From Savitreella phatthalungensis (Eukaryota): DNA of 64,000 nt. Below are positions 21,474 to 32,220 of this stretch, piece by piece. Numbering within the stretch: position 1 is the stretch's first letter; the number at the start of each line of letters is the position of its first letter. The notes beneath the pieces are model-generated. The model saw only the letters and a list, made by a program, of their open reading frames with translations, was not told the DNA's origin and searched no databases. The stretch spans positions 310,001 to 374,000 of the forward strand of contig AP039701.1 in NCBI GenBank assembly GCA_051599415.1. The letters are read 5' to 3'. Position numbers and translations under genes: made by a program.

Positions 21474-23300
21474 ATGAAGACCGGGTTCTTGCTCTCTGCA
21501 CTCGCAGCGACCTTGCCTGCCTTGACGCTCGCATGCGATGACGATGACTGGTATTCTCCTGAGTTCAGACATTCCATCCAGAAGCGCAGCCAGCCTGGAG
21601 CTGTCTCTGCACCGACAGCACCAATCCAGAAGCTCAAGTTTGGCCAGGTTAACGTCGCCTACACGACCGACACACACGGATGGCTCGCATCCCACGCTAC
21701 ACTGCCGAGCTACAGCGCCGACTGGGGAGACTACATCTCCTTCCTGGACTGCATGATGGCCAAGGCAGATGCCCTCGGTGTCGATTTGATCGTGGCTGAT
21801 GCCGGTGACCTCCACGACGGTACCGGTATCGGTGATCTTGCCGGCAGTGTCAACGGTCAGTACACTCTGCCTATCTTTGGCGAGACGATCAAGGACAACA
21901 TTGTGGCGTCGATCGGCAACCACGAGCTCTACACTGCGCCGATTGCCAACGACACTTACTACAATCTTGCACCTCGCTTCAATGGTCGTTACCTGACAAG
22001 TAACGTCGACTTCTACGACAACGGCACCTGGAAGCCATTCTCCAATCGGTATGCGTACTGGCAGACAAAGTTCGGCGTTCGCATTCTCGCACTCGGCGTC
22101 CTCTTCAATTTCACGGGAAACACCAACATCACCCGTGTGCAGCCTGTGCTCAACATGACCCGGGAGTTCTGGTTCCAGCAGCAGATCAACCGTACTGATG
22201 TTGACCTCTTCCTCCTCGTCGGCCACACGCCTGTCCGCGGAAGCTACGAGTGGGATACCGTCTACTCTGCCATTCGCCGTAAGAATCCCGCCACGCCCAT
22301 CACCATCGTTGGTGGACACTCGCACATTCGAGACACGACTGTGTTCGACGCCGCAGCAATCGGTGTGCAGGCAGGACGCTACTGTGAGACGGTCGGATGG
22401 CTCGCTCTATCAGGCCTGAATAGCTCGACAGCCAATCTGCCCAGTGGCACACTGCCGGCAATTACTGCTTCGCCGTCCTCTATTCCGAACGTCACCCAAG
22501 CGCGCAATTCCTCCCTCGGCGTCTACCGCCAGTACCTCGACTTCAACCGCTTTGTCTTCAGCTTTCACACAGACACCAACAACGCCACCTTCGACACTGC
22601 ACGCGGCGTAAACGTTTCTCGTCAGGTGACTCAGGCCTTCACTCTGAACCCGAACCTGACAACTGTCATCGGATGCGCTCCTCAGACTTACTACCAGAAC
22701 CAGTACCCACTCGGAGATGGTCGCAACCTGTACACTCTCCTGACTGACCAGGTCTTCCCGAACGTGGTCGTCACGCCAGGTCGCGAGTCGCAGCCACGCA
22801 TCGTCCTCATCAATACCGGCGCCGTCCGATTCGATTTGCCCTCAGGACCCTTCACCATCGATGTCGCAGACTCCGTTCTTCCCTTCACAAACACCTGGTA
22901 CCGCAAGACGGCCCCGTGGTCGCAGGCAAAGAATCTGCTGGCGAGCATGAACACCGACAAGGTGTACAAGCGTCAGGAGTATTCGTACGCCGATGCAAAC
23001 CAGACCACTGGCTACGTGACCAAGGACGACCTCGGTTCAGACGGTGACAACACAAAGCACATTGCACAGGGACGTTACTCACTCCCTCACTACGTCCAAG
23101 GCAATGCGTCACTCCCTACTGGCAGCGACCTGACCGACTCTCTCCAGGTGGACGTGTACGCCGCCTCCTTCTTCATCAACGCTGCCTCTGCATACCTCTC
23201 ACAGAACACCACCGACTGGATCCCAGTCGACGGCTCCTTCTCAGCCTTCGACACTTTGCCGCGCTACGCTGCAAGCTTCTGGAACGGCACGACCTGCTAA
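21474..23300 (+). CDS. Secreted 5'-nucleotidase-type metallophosphoesterase (YHR202W/Efn1-like)
   Basis: Signal peptide; motifs TTDTHGW, DAGDLHDG, IGNHELY, GGHSHIRD and GRYCETVGW; many N-glycosylation sequons. TATAAA near 21387. Confidence 0.88.
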   Translation: MKTGFLLSALAATLPALTLACDDDDWYSPEFRHSIQKRSQPGAVSAPTAPIQKLKFGQVNVAYTTDTHGWLASHATLPSYSADWGDYISFLDCMMAKADALGVDLIVADAGDLHDGTGIGDLAGSVNGQYTLPIFGETIKDNIVASIGNHELYTAPIANDTYYNLAPRFNGRYLTSNVDFYDNGTWKPFSNRYAYWQTKFGVRILALGVLFNFTGNTNITRVQPVLNMTREFWFQQQINRTDVDLFLLVGHTPVRGSYEWDTVYSAIRRKNPATPITIVGGHSHIRDTTVFDAAAIGVQAGRYCETVGWLALSGLNSSTANLPSGTLPAITASPSSIPNVTQARNSSLGVYRQYLDFNRFVFSFHTDTNNATFDTARGVNVSRQVTQAFTLNPNLTTVIGCAPQTYYQNQYPLGDGRNLYTLLTDQVFPNVVVTPGRESQPRIVLINTGAVRFDLPSGPFTIDVADSVLPFTNTWYRKTAPWSQAKNLLASMNTDKVYKRQEYSYADANQTTGYVTKDDLGSDGDNTKHIAQGRYSLPHYVQGNASLPTGSDLTDSLQVDVYAASFFINAASAYLSQNTTDWIPVDGSFSAFDTLPRYAASFWNGTTC

Positions 23301-23793
23301 TCTATAGACCTGTCATATAGAGCGCTCCCTCTCCTCTTCACTCGAGCGCATGTATACCATTCATGATTCACTCCATCTACGTTACCCGTGACTCCACTGC
23401 GTGACGTTCATTCGAATCCCTGCATGACAAAGATGATGTGACTTGCGTTCAGGTGACCTTTGACACGCATGACGTTGTGAGGCTCACCCGTCAATAAGAA
23501 CCCCGTCGATTGAGAGACTGTCATGCCATTGATCATGCAAGGTCTTGCTCCGATAGTGTACCCGCTCGACTCCGATTGACGCCCCTCACCAGTCACGAGG
23601 GCCTATCTTTCCGAGCCATGCCTAGATGTTCACCCGTCCGATCGTCACGTCATGCTCGCAATCACGCCTCGCTGCTGAAGATGTCCGATATCGCTTCATA
23701 TGTCCTCCGGACGCCCGCTTCGATCGCCGACACGTCAGCCGTCGAGGATATCACACTACGCTCCGTGAATGCAGGTTGTCGTCGATAGCGCTG

Positions 23794-26700
23794 ATGTGGC
23801 GACTGGTGTGGTTCAGCTTGCTGCGTGGTCTCTGCTCGGCTAAGGCTTTCGACAGTATCGTCTTCTCGCCTAGTCCAAAGCCTCTCGACCAGCTCCTGCA
23901 TCCCTACATCCACGAGCAACTGAATGTGTATGGTGTCCAATATGACTACTACTCTGCTCTGTCCGGGTTTCGGCTAAGGACAAAAGTGCCGCAGTCGCTC
24001 CACGGATCCATGGCGATCCACCGTGGCTTCCAAGTGGCCAACAATAGTGAGCTGAAGATGAACGCGGATGGGACGTCTTGGCCGCGCGTGAGCAACGCAC
24101 CCTGGCAGCTAGCGCGTATCCAGGCGACGCAGGCTGTGAATGTCGTCCACCAGCTGTTTGAAGACCACGGCTACACGTTCAACCCAGAATACCTCGGCAA
24201 GCACACCGACGTCATCGTGCTTGACACGGGCATCGACTGCGGTCACCGTGATTTCCGGAAGCGATGTCAGGACCAGTCTTCCGGCGCGCTGTTCCGCGGG
24301 TATAGAGATGCGCGTGACGTGAACGGCCACGGCACGACTGTGGCGAGCTGTGCTGCGGGGACTCAGCACGGTGCGGCCAAGGCTGCACGCGTCGTCGGCG
24401 TCCGCATTCTCGACAATACGCTCAAGAGCGATGTGGATGAGGCGATGCGCGGCTTCGACGTCGTCATCGGACGCAACAGCAAGCGGAGAGCCTCAAACAG
24501 GGAGGCCTTCATCATAGCACTCCTCACAATGACCACTGACCATAACGTCGCACTCAACTACGCAGTCTCAAACAGCGAGAGCAGGGGCGTCCTCGTCGTC
24601 GCCGCAGCCGGAAATGCCCATGTCGATGCATGCACGCTCTCGCCGGCATCTGCCAGGGTGGGACTTGTGGTTGGTGGCACAGATTCGAGAGATCGGTACT
24701 GGGCTCAATCTGCGTACGGACAGTGTGTAGATCTGGTCGCGCCAGCTGTACTTGTTCGTGCGGCGCTCTGGGGAGGTCCGCGATTCGACCCGAGGTCTGG
24801 AGACGCGAGGCAACGTGAACGCGCACTCGAATCCGTCTTCACGGGCACGTCGATGGCAGCAGGCACGGTCGCGGGGGTTGCTGCACTTCTCGCTCCACTC
24901 GCCATTCGCGCATCCACAGGCCAGTCCGACCACAGCAAGGTCAACTTCATCTCAGCTCTGGTCAAGCGGCTGGCCCTCGAGACACCACTGCTCGACCTCC
25001 CACCGGCCACGACCAACAAGATGCTCCACTACAGACCGGAGATGCACGCTGCGCTCAACGCAGAAGTCGAGAGTGGTGGAGCTGAGCTGCCCACATCGGT
25101 CGGCTACCGTCGGTACCAGCAAGGCTACAAAGCGCAGCCTTCCGCACGCGGTGCCCGCAGAGGCCAAGCGGATGCAGAAGGCGGTTCTGATGAGCAGGCA
25201 GCCGCAAGTCCCAATGACTACGACCCGTGGCAACCAGCAGAGGAGCCCAGCCGAGGTAGTGGCGGTCCGGGACGACGACGTCATGGCCAATATGCTTCAT
25301 ACCAGCGGCCGTCCGATACTGATGCTCCGCCACTGCGTCGCGCCAAACCTATGCGCATCCGGATCGAGCCAGATGTGCACGGGATAGGGACACCACTCCA
25401 CGCTCGTCCAGGACCCGCACTGCCTCAGTCAGTCACCCCGGCTATCCCAGACCCTGTCGTTCTCCACCAGAGACCGTACGACCACGACCGCGCTCGCGGC
25501 AAGGCCGTTCAGACAAATCTGCCTGAGTCGTCATATAGACACCCAGAGCCGGCAGACGACAATCCGGACTTCTTCAGCGACGACGATTACCGGAACTACA
25601 TGGACATGCTCCGAGGGACACATGACCACGACCATTCGATCGGCGACGGCGGTCACAGCTGGGATCCTGACGGAGAAGCGTCACGCCAGCCCGGGTCAGT
25701 ATGGGGTGACTCATCCTCTCAGCGACACGGGTCCGGACCGCCAGGGACGCATGATGGCTCGACGTCTCGCGCGCATGACGACTTTGAGAGCACAAGTGCG
25801 CGGTATCCTGGCTGGCAGGATCCAACGAGGGCTGGAGAGGAGACTCCCCGGTCTGCTGCGCCACCAGAGCTGAGCTTCCACGACCTTGTCCATCTCGGCA
25901 AGTTCACAGGCGTTCACCCTCACGACATGCTCCAGGGAGTACCCGAACCGCATGGTGCGGTGGCAACAGAGCTCGCATCTGCGTTCGAGTTGCCAGTGGC
26001 CGACTTCCCTCGCGCTACAGCGCACCGAGCAGACCACGCTGGCGATGAAGGACCAAGTCACTACGACCTGCCTGATCCTCGATACGCTGGCAGACGACCT
26101 GCGACGGAGACTGAGCCTGACCACAACGAGCAGGAAGACCAATCAGTCGACGACTGGCTGACTGAACCAGAACCGGAACCAGAGCCTGTGAGCAAGCGGC
26201 CGTCGAAGAAGCGTCCGCTGGGAAGACCAAAGGCCGATACAACAGCCAATGTTGCCGGCTTCAGAGGCCGATTCCGTCCTCAGCCATTCGACGAGCCGCC
26301 GCTTGAGCCCGTAAGGATTCACGACGATGGTGATCCTTACGTCCGAAGTGGTCGTCAACGGGACTGGCCGTTTATCGGCAATCGGAATGGCAAGAGGCGG
26401 CAGGATACTAGGGCGAAGGGTTACGAGCGCTACGGGAAGAAGCCGCGGACACGTGCCGGTACAGACGCTGATATGGATCCCGAAGGAGAACCTGAACAGC
26501 AGCCAGGTCACCAAGGCGACGATATGGACGAGGATCCTGAGGACGGCGGACCTTTACAACAGCAGCCGGGCACACAAACACAGGAAGACGTCCCGGCGTA
26601 TCACGGACGGCCGACACCGGCGACCACGCGCCAGTACACGCCGGTCCCACGCGGCACGGGCAGACGACGTGGTCGGAAAATGGGCTGGCGCAAGTACCGA

Positions 26701-26835
26701 CCGACGACCCAGGCGACTGGAACGATTGCTGCAGCGGCAACACCGCCGCCAGGCGCAGACGACGGTACGGAAACGCGCTCAGGCGCAGTCTACGGGAGAC
26801 GAGGTCGAGTGACACCTGGCGTCGATGGCGTTTAG
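23794..26835 (+). CDS. Secreted S8 subtilase with a roughly 600-aa disordered, charged C-terminal tail
   Basis: Signal-like MWRLVWFSLLRGLCSA from ATG 23794; APWQLARI; triad motifs VLDTGID, GHGTTVA and GTSMA; oxyanion AAGN. Low-complexity tail begins near 25040. Confidence 0.9.
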   Translation: MWRLVWFSLLRGLCSAKAFDSIVFSPSPKPLDQLLHPYIHEQLNVYGVQYDYYSALSGFRLRTKVPQSLHGSMAIHRGFQVANNSELKMNADGTSWPRVSNAPWQLARIQATQAVNVVHQLFEDHGYTFNPEYLGKHTDVIVLDTGIDCGHRDFRKRCQDQSSGALFRGYRDARDVNGHGTTVASCAAGTQHGAAKAARVVGVRILDNTLKSDVDEAMRGFDVVIGRNSKRRASNREAFIIALLTMTTDHNVALNYAVSNSESRGVLVVAAAGNAHVDACTLSPASARVGLVVGGTDSRDRYWAQSAYGQCVDLVAPAVLVRAALWGGPRFDPRSGDARQRERALESVFTGTSMAAGTVAGVAALLAPLAIRASTGQSDHSKVNFISALVKRLALETPLLDLPPATTNKMLHYRPEMHAALNAEVESGGAELPTSVGYRRYQQGYKAQPSARGARRGQADAEGGSDEQAAASPNDYDPWQPAEEPSRGSGGPGRRRHGQYASYQRPSDTDAPPLRRAKPMRIRIEPDVHGIGTPLHARPGPALPQSVTPAIPDPVVLHQRPYDHDRARGKAVQTNLPESSYRHPEPADDNPDFFSDDDYRNYMDMLRGTHDHDHSIGDGGHSWDPDGEASRQPGSVWGDSSSQRHGSGPPGTHDGSTSRAHDDFESTSARYPGWQDPTRAGEETPRSAAPPELSFHDLVHLGKFTGVHPHDMLQGVPEPHGAVATELASAFELPVADFPRATAHRADHAGDEGPSHYDLPDPRYAGRRPATETEPDHNEQEDQSVDDWLTEPEPEPEPVSKRPSKKRPLGRPKADTTANVAGFRGRFRPQPFDEPPLEPVRIHDDGDPYVRSGRQRDWPFIGNRNGKRRQDTRAKGYERYGKKPRTRAGTDADMDPEGEPEQQPGHQGDDMDEDPEDGGPLQQQPGTQTQEDVPAYHGRPTPATTRQYTPVPRGTGRRRGRKMGWRKYRPTTQATGTIAAAATPPPGADDGTETRSGAVYGRRGRVTPGVDGV

Positions 26836-27248
26836 GGATCGTGCATTCGAGGAGATTTTCGACTGTGCTCAACCTGTCTCTAGGACATCGGCCGATGCGT
26901 GGATCTCATCCCACGTACGCTGTTCTCCTTCCCCTGGACAACCTCCATCATGCACTGGAGCCATCTACAGGCCGGGCGGTGCGTGTGATTCATGTTGATT
27001 TCGGCCCGAAGAATCTTTAAGTTTTCCGGTCAAGTTGTGCGAGTGTGCTCAGATCAACCGCTCGCATGAATAAATGCACACATGACATACGTGACATTGT
27101 TCGCGTACACGGTCCCCACAGATCTCCCACCACCCCACGCCCATCCATCGCACAAAGACCGAACACATTCCTTGGAAATCATCACAAGTCCTGCCTTCAT
27201 CAGGTCGTCCTCGTAGACATTTCAGGCTCTCGTGTGTTTGGAGAAGTG

Positions 27249-29045
27249 ATGGCAGCGGTCGTGGCATCGAAGCAGTCTCGACAGTGGTGGAAGTCGGCAA
27301 TTGTGTACCAGATTTGGCCTAATTCGTTTGCGGCGTCTGCTGGGAACAAGTACGGTGACTTCAGAGGAGCGCTGTCGAAGCTTGACCACCTTGTCAGACT
27401 CGGTGTGGACGTGGTGTGGTTCTCACCGGTCTATGCGTCGCCATGCGAGGACGAAGGGTATGATATCTCAGACTACTACAATGTCAATCCGCGGTACGGG
27501 ACGAAGGATGACTTTGACGCACTGCTCCAGGGGTGCAAAGAGCGTGGGTTGAAGCTGGTCATGGACCTCGTCGTCAACCACTGCTCCGACCAGGCAGAGT
27601 ACTTCAAGGACTCAGCTGCTCGCCGGAACGGTCGTGACGATTGGTTCATCTGGCGTGACGGCAAGGTTGGCGAGAATGGTGAGCGTAAGCCACCAAACAA
27701 CTGGCTTGCCGCTTTCGGTGGCTCTGCATGGAAGTTTCACGAGGGCCGAGGACAGTACTACCTCTGCGTGTTCTCTCCGTACCAGCCAGACTTCAACTGG
27801 GAATTGCCAGAGGTCCGTGACGAGGTCCACCGGATCATGCGGTACTGGATGGACAAGGGTGTGGCTGGATTCCGGATGGACGTCATCAATATGATCTCAA
27901 AGACGCCTGGGTTGCCAGACGCCCCGATCACTCGGCCAGGCCAGGAGCTCCAGTTCTTTGATCAGCTCGTGTTCAATGGGCCGAGGCTGAAGGAGTACCT
28001 CGATGGCATTTACGCCGTCTACCGAGACTACCCGGACTCCTTCAATGTCGGAGAGATGCCAGCGACGACTGCAGAGCTCGCCTTGACGTACGTCCAGTCA
28101 GGCAAGCCGCTCGAGATGGTCTTCTCCTTTGAGCACGTCGACGTCGACCTTGGACCTGGCGGCAAGTTCACCCACCGCGATTGGAAGCTGTCTCAGCTGA
28201 AGGAAATCCTGGGACGGTGGCAGCGGACGATGCAGGATCGCGACGGATGGAACTCGAACTACTTGTGGAATCACGATCAGCCATCGCCGTTCTCCCGGTA
28301 CGGAGATGACTCGGCAGAGTGGCGAGAGGTGTCGACGCGGATGGTGGCGATGTGGCACATCTCACTTTCTGGTACGGTGTACGTGTATCAGGGTCAGGAG
28401 CTCGGGGTGGTGAACAGGCGAGCATGGACGCTCGAGACCTTGCGAGATCTCGAATCCATCAACGCATATCATGGTATCCGCACGCAGCGCGCAGAGGCGC
28501 AGGGGGTGCCGGAGGAGGAAGTCGATATGCGTGACGTCCTGGTGGAGATTCAGAAGAAGTCGCGTGACAACGCGAGACGTCCTGTGTCCTGGACTGCAGA
28601 TAAGTACGCTGGCTTCTCGACCGTCCAGCCGTGGATCGACAACGACGATGACTACAAGACGGTCAACGCGGCTGCGCAGGTTGGCGTCCCAGGAAGCGTG
28701 TACGAGTGGTACCGCGCTCTCCTAGCCCTCCGCAAACAGCATGACACTCTGTGTTTCGGCAGATATGTCGATCTGCTCCCGGACAACGAGACTGTATGGG
28801 CGCACGTGAGGAAGGACGAGAACGCTGAGTGGCTGATCCTCCTGAACTTTTCCTCCAAATCGGCTACATTCGCCCTGCCAAAGTCAGATCCCAACGGAGA
28901 GCTCACGAGAGACTACACCACCCTCGAGTCCCTTGACGCCAACACCATCGTGTCGAATTACGACGAGCCAGCCCCGATCGCGGCGACCGAAGCTGGTAAG
29001 TTGACGCTGCGTCCGTGGGAAGGCAGATACATTCGGCTTGAGTGA
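27249..29045 (+). CDS. GH13 alpha-glucosidase / oligo-1,6-glucosidase (maltase/isomaltase)
   Basis: WWKSAIVYQIWPNSF, DEGYDISDY, MDLVVNHCS, QPDFNW, GFRMDVIN, VGE and NHDQ. Confidence 0.95.
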   Translation: MAAVVASKQSRQWWKSAIVYQIWPNSFAASAGNKYGDFRGALSKLDHLVRLGVDVVWFSPVYASPCEDEGYDISDYYNVNPRYGTKDDFDALLQGCKERGLKLVMDLVVNHCSDQAEYFKDSAARRNGRDDWFIWRDGKVGENGERKPPNNWLAAFGGSAWKFHEGRGQYYLCVFSPYQPDFNWELPEVRDEVHRIMRYWMDKGVAGFRMDVINMISKTPGLPDAPITRPGQELQFFDQLVFNGPRLKEYLDGIYAVYRDYPDSFNVGEMPATTAELALTYVQSGKPLEMVFSFEHVDVDLGPGGKFTHRDWKLSQLKEILGRWQRTMQDRDGWNSNYLWNHDQPSPFSRYGDDSAEWREVSTRMVAMWHISLSGTVYVYQGQELGVVNRRAWTLETLRDLESINAYHGIRTQRAEAQGVPEEEVDMRDVLVEIQKKSRDNARRPVSWTADKYAGFSTVQPWIDNDDDYKTVNAAAQVGVPGSVYEWYRALLALRKQHDTLCFGRYVDLLPDNETVWAHVRKDENAEWLILLNFSSKSATFALPKSDPNGELTRDYTTLESLDANTIVSNYDEPAPIAATEAGKLTLRPWEGRYIRLE

Positions 29046-29137
29046 GTCCACTCCAGGCCTCTTTCATTTCTTAGCATTGTAGACGACGGCTTTTTGCTGC
29101 TCACCTTGCCCTCGTAGATTTACATTTTCATCTTGCC

Positions 29138-30106
29138 TTAAGCGACTCTGGCTTTGTCGGGGAATTTGTACGGTTGCCCGGTGAGTTTGCCGTGCCCATC
29201 GAACCTGCATCCTTCATCGCGGAGGAGTTTGATCTTGGTTGGTGCGTTCCTGCCTGCAGGTCCCCAGTCGCCGCCGTAGCCACCGAGCGAGCGATCTGCG
29301 GCGCAAACGCGGTGGCAAGGCACCGCAGGCGCGAATGGGTTGTTGCGCATCCCAGCACCAACAGCACGCGCAGAAGATCCCAAGTATCGAGCCATCTCGC
29401 CATACGTCGTCCACCGACCACGCGGTATATCGAGCAAGGCGAGCAAGCATGCGCGCCGGTGATCACTCCAGCTCGTCTCACGCCGTATCATCTCTCGATA
29501 CTGGTCTGCGTCGTCGTTGTCTGTGGAGTTGACCTCTGCGGCGTTGTCTTCTGAAGCTTCGACAGCTTTCGACGGATCGTGCTTGGCGGCAAAGTATTTG
29601 GACAAGGTGCCGTCGTGTGATGAGTCGTCGCGCTTGCGCTTTGTTGGGGGTTTGGGTGGCGGAGACGAATGCTCGGGCTGGGCGAGCTTCTTGTCGAGGT
29701 GAGCGCGCTCTTTCGAGACAGCCTTGCGCTGCGCGGCTGTACCCTGCTTCCCGCGGGCTTGAAGGGAGTCCTCGTTCAGGGCAACGAGATCGGCAGAGCC
29801 ATCGAGGATGTCATGTGCAAGGGCAATGGCATCGCGTAGCTGCGTTGATGTCATATGCTTGTATGCAGGCGACGCAAGCACCTTTGTCCATGGTACATCC
29901 TCAGTAGAATTGGGATTCTTGGCAGATGAACCGACCACCTTGTCTAGAATGATCCGAGCAAAGCAGTGGTCTAGCACGACCGGCCATATCCGCTGTCCAG
30001 AGTCCTTTGCACGTGCTGCTGTAGGTAATGTCGTTTTGTAGACTTCATTCCATTTGTTGACGAGCTCATCACGAACACTATCATCACTCTGCTCCACTTT
30101 TGCCAT
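29138..30106 (-). CDS. O6-methylguanine-DNA methyltransferase fused to an uncharacterised N-terminal domain
   Basis: C-terminal IPRGRWTTYG..SARAVG..NP..VPCHRV with the active-site Cys intact. N-terminal WPVVLDHCFARIILD..PW..PAY..LN..SL..RGK domain. ATG at 30106. Confidence 0.88.
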   Translation of the reverse strand: MAKVEQSDDSVRDELVNKWNEVYKTTLPTAARAKDSGQRIWPVVLDHCFARIILDKVVGSSAKNPNSTEDVPWTKVLASPAYKHMTSTQLRDAIALAHDILDGSADLVALNEDSLQARGKQGTAAQRKAVSKERAHLDKKLAQPEHSSPPPKPPTKRKRDDSSHDGTLSKYFAAKHDPSKAVEASEDNAAEVNSTDNDDADQYREMIRRETSWSDHRRACLLALLDIPRGRWTTYGEMARYLGSSARAVGAGMRNNPFAPAVPCHRVCAADRSLGGYGGDWGPAGRNAPTKIKLLRDEGCRFDGHGKLTGQPYKFPDKARVA

Positions 30107-30160
30107 GGATTCTGCGGTCTCCTGATAAAGCGAACGGTAAAAGAGGTTTGTTTGAGCTGA

Positions 30161-30218
30161 AAAGACGCGTTTGAAAGGTGGAAGCCTGGGGTAAGTTAAT
30201 GACGTCGTAAAGACGCGT
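30161..30218. promoter_or_regulatory. Two MCB-like ACGCGT boxes upstream of the MGMT fusion gene
   Basis: AAAGACGCGT occurs twice (cores at 30165 and 30213), with TGACGT between them, 60-110 bp from the ATG. Confidence 0.5.
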
Positions 30219-32220
30219 CTCGAGAAATTGCTCCGTTGAGTGTTGAGTGCGCACGTGATGCACAATCATAATTTCAATTTTATAAATTTCAGTTTGGTTG
30301 AATGCAACACTGAAGTCTGGAAGATGCAGTGAGATGCATCAGATGAAGACTTTGGTTGAACGTATAGATTGCCGAGACTGCAACTCCCCGTGACTGCAAC
30401 TCTCCCTGTGTACATTCGACTCTTTCGGTTGGTGAATCGAGGTGGATAGACTTGGATCAGTACAGCGCGGGGCTCATCGAAATCTAAAAGGATAGATCGA
30501 CTTGGAGCTGAATGAAGCTGGAGGTGAAGCTGAAGCTGGAAGTTGTTGATGCGCAGCTGCTAGCCACTCGGTAAGGACGGCAGAAGGAAGAGCAGGATTG
30601 CCGAGCCCCGGTGAATGACTATCACCTTGTTCAAATCTGTGCTCGTCGTTTTGGGAGGAAGAAAAGGGATCGACAGGGACGACAGGGACGACAGTGGACA
30701 ATCGAATTAGTCTATGCAGATTTATTTGAATAGGATCGGTGCTGGAGATTAGAACCTCTTAAGGGCTTATCAGTCGAGTGAAGAGATTAGAAGCGCCGGT
30801 CTGGTTGATGATAGAGTATGTGGCTGTTGAATGACTGCGCTGCAATCACTTTCTCGTTTTTCATCCAAATGCATAAGAAAGTAGATCTATATTCTACGAT
30901 ACTCTACTGTACTCCGTCCATGTGAAGATAAGTGTATGGATGTGTGTATGGATTTGGTTGATTTGAGTTTTGCCGCTCAAAATGGTGAGTGTGGCAGTGC
31001 ATCGAAAGTCTGCTCCACCAGCTATTTCTGACCTGGATCTATTCAGCAGGTGGCGTCATTAGCCTTTCTACCGGGAACAGATTCCCTTCAAGCTAGGAAC
31101 AGTGAAATTTATGATGTTTCATCTTCTTGCACTGCCACCACCATCACTCAAACTAAATCGCCTGTAAGATTTGATTGTGAATCTTCGGGTGATGATAACT
31201 TCCGGGGAATTTTCCCTTTGATTTCCGTCTTCTGAACTCATGCGTCATTCATTCGAATGATCCCGTTCCCCCACTCTGGATCACTACCAGAATGCACACA
31301 CATGCTCCATCAATCGTCCATCAATCGTCCAAAACCATACGTCCAACATCAAAAACTCTCAACGATGCTGTCATCAGTCGGGTCGTTTCGACATGATGTA
31401 GTCTGGTGCAAGACTTCTGTTGCGCTCAGACGCTTTCATTCGTAAAGACTCGACTTTTTCAACTTTACAGTATATAAATTGTCTGGTGGGGCAAATGATA
31501 GGAGTGTCAAGCGATCGAGGCTGAGTGAAGTGCAACCATTCAATTGATTCATACATCCATTCAGTAAGCTCACCCAACTGCGCATCCACCTCTCTCTATT
31601 TCCTCCTCTTCCACTTCACTGGCATCTATGCAGTGCACGGGAATCCGTCCTCGAAATACACTCGCCGATAACTTCACTCGTGGAATCCAGCATTCTGGCT
31701 CTACAGCGATCTACCGTACCATGGAACGCCTTCTTACGGGAAGCAGCGCCATTCCCGTTTTTCCATCTTATTACCTTTCCTGCTGGCCGTAACTAGGCGC
31801 TCGGTTATCTTCCTCTTTGACAGGTATGATCATCCATACTCCTCGGCCTCCAGGTGTTCATGCCGCATCGTCATCGCCTCAAAGTCACGGAGGCACAAAA
31901 CTTTTGGAAGATACTTCTCTCTCAAGCTTAATCCTTGTGACTATCTCTGTCCAGCTGTCGCGCATACTTACCAATCCATCCGTCCGCAGCACATCATCCG
32001 CTTACGCTTATTCCAATGACAAGCTATCCGCTTCTAGTGTTATATAAGTGTCGCTTCCCCTCACCGTTCATCTTCGTAAATCACTCGTCAAAGAGTCTCG
32101 AAGACACTCGTGGTCATCGAGCGATTCTATGCAGAAGCCTGGCTGAACATACACGATAGACACAGGCACACACAGTCCACAATTACAACACACTAATCAC
32201 ACTTGCATTTTGACCCAGCA

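Noticed and set aside
21435..22325. 296-aa minus-strand ORF
   Set aside because: Antisense to the codon-biased nucleotidase gene.
31517..31523. GAGGCTG Crz1-like site upstream of ENA
   Set aside because: A single 7-mer in a 2-kb region is not distinguishable from chance.
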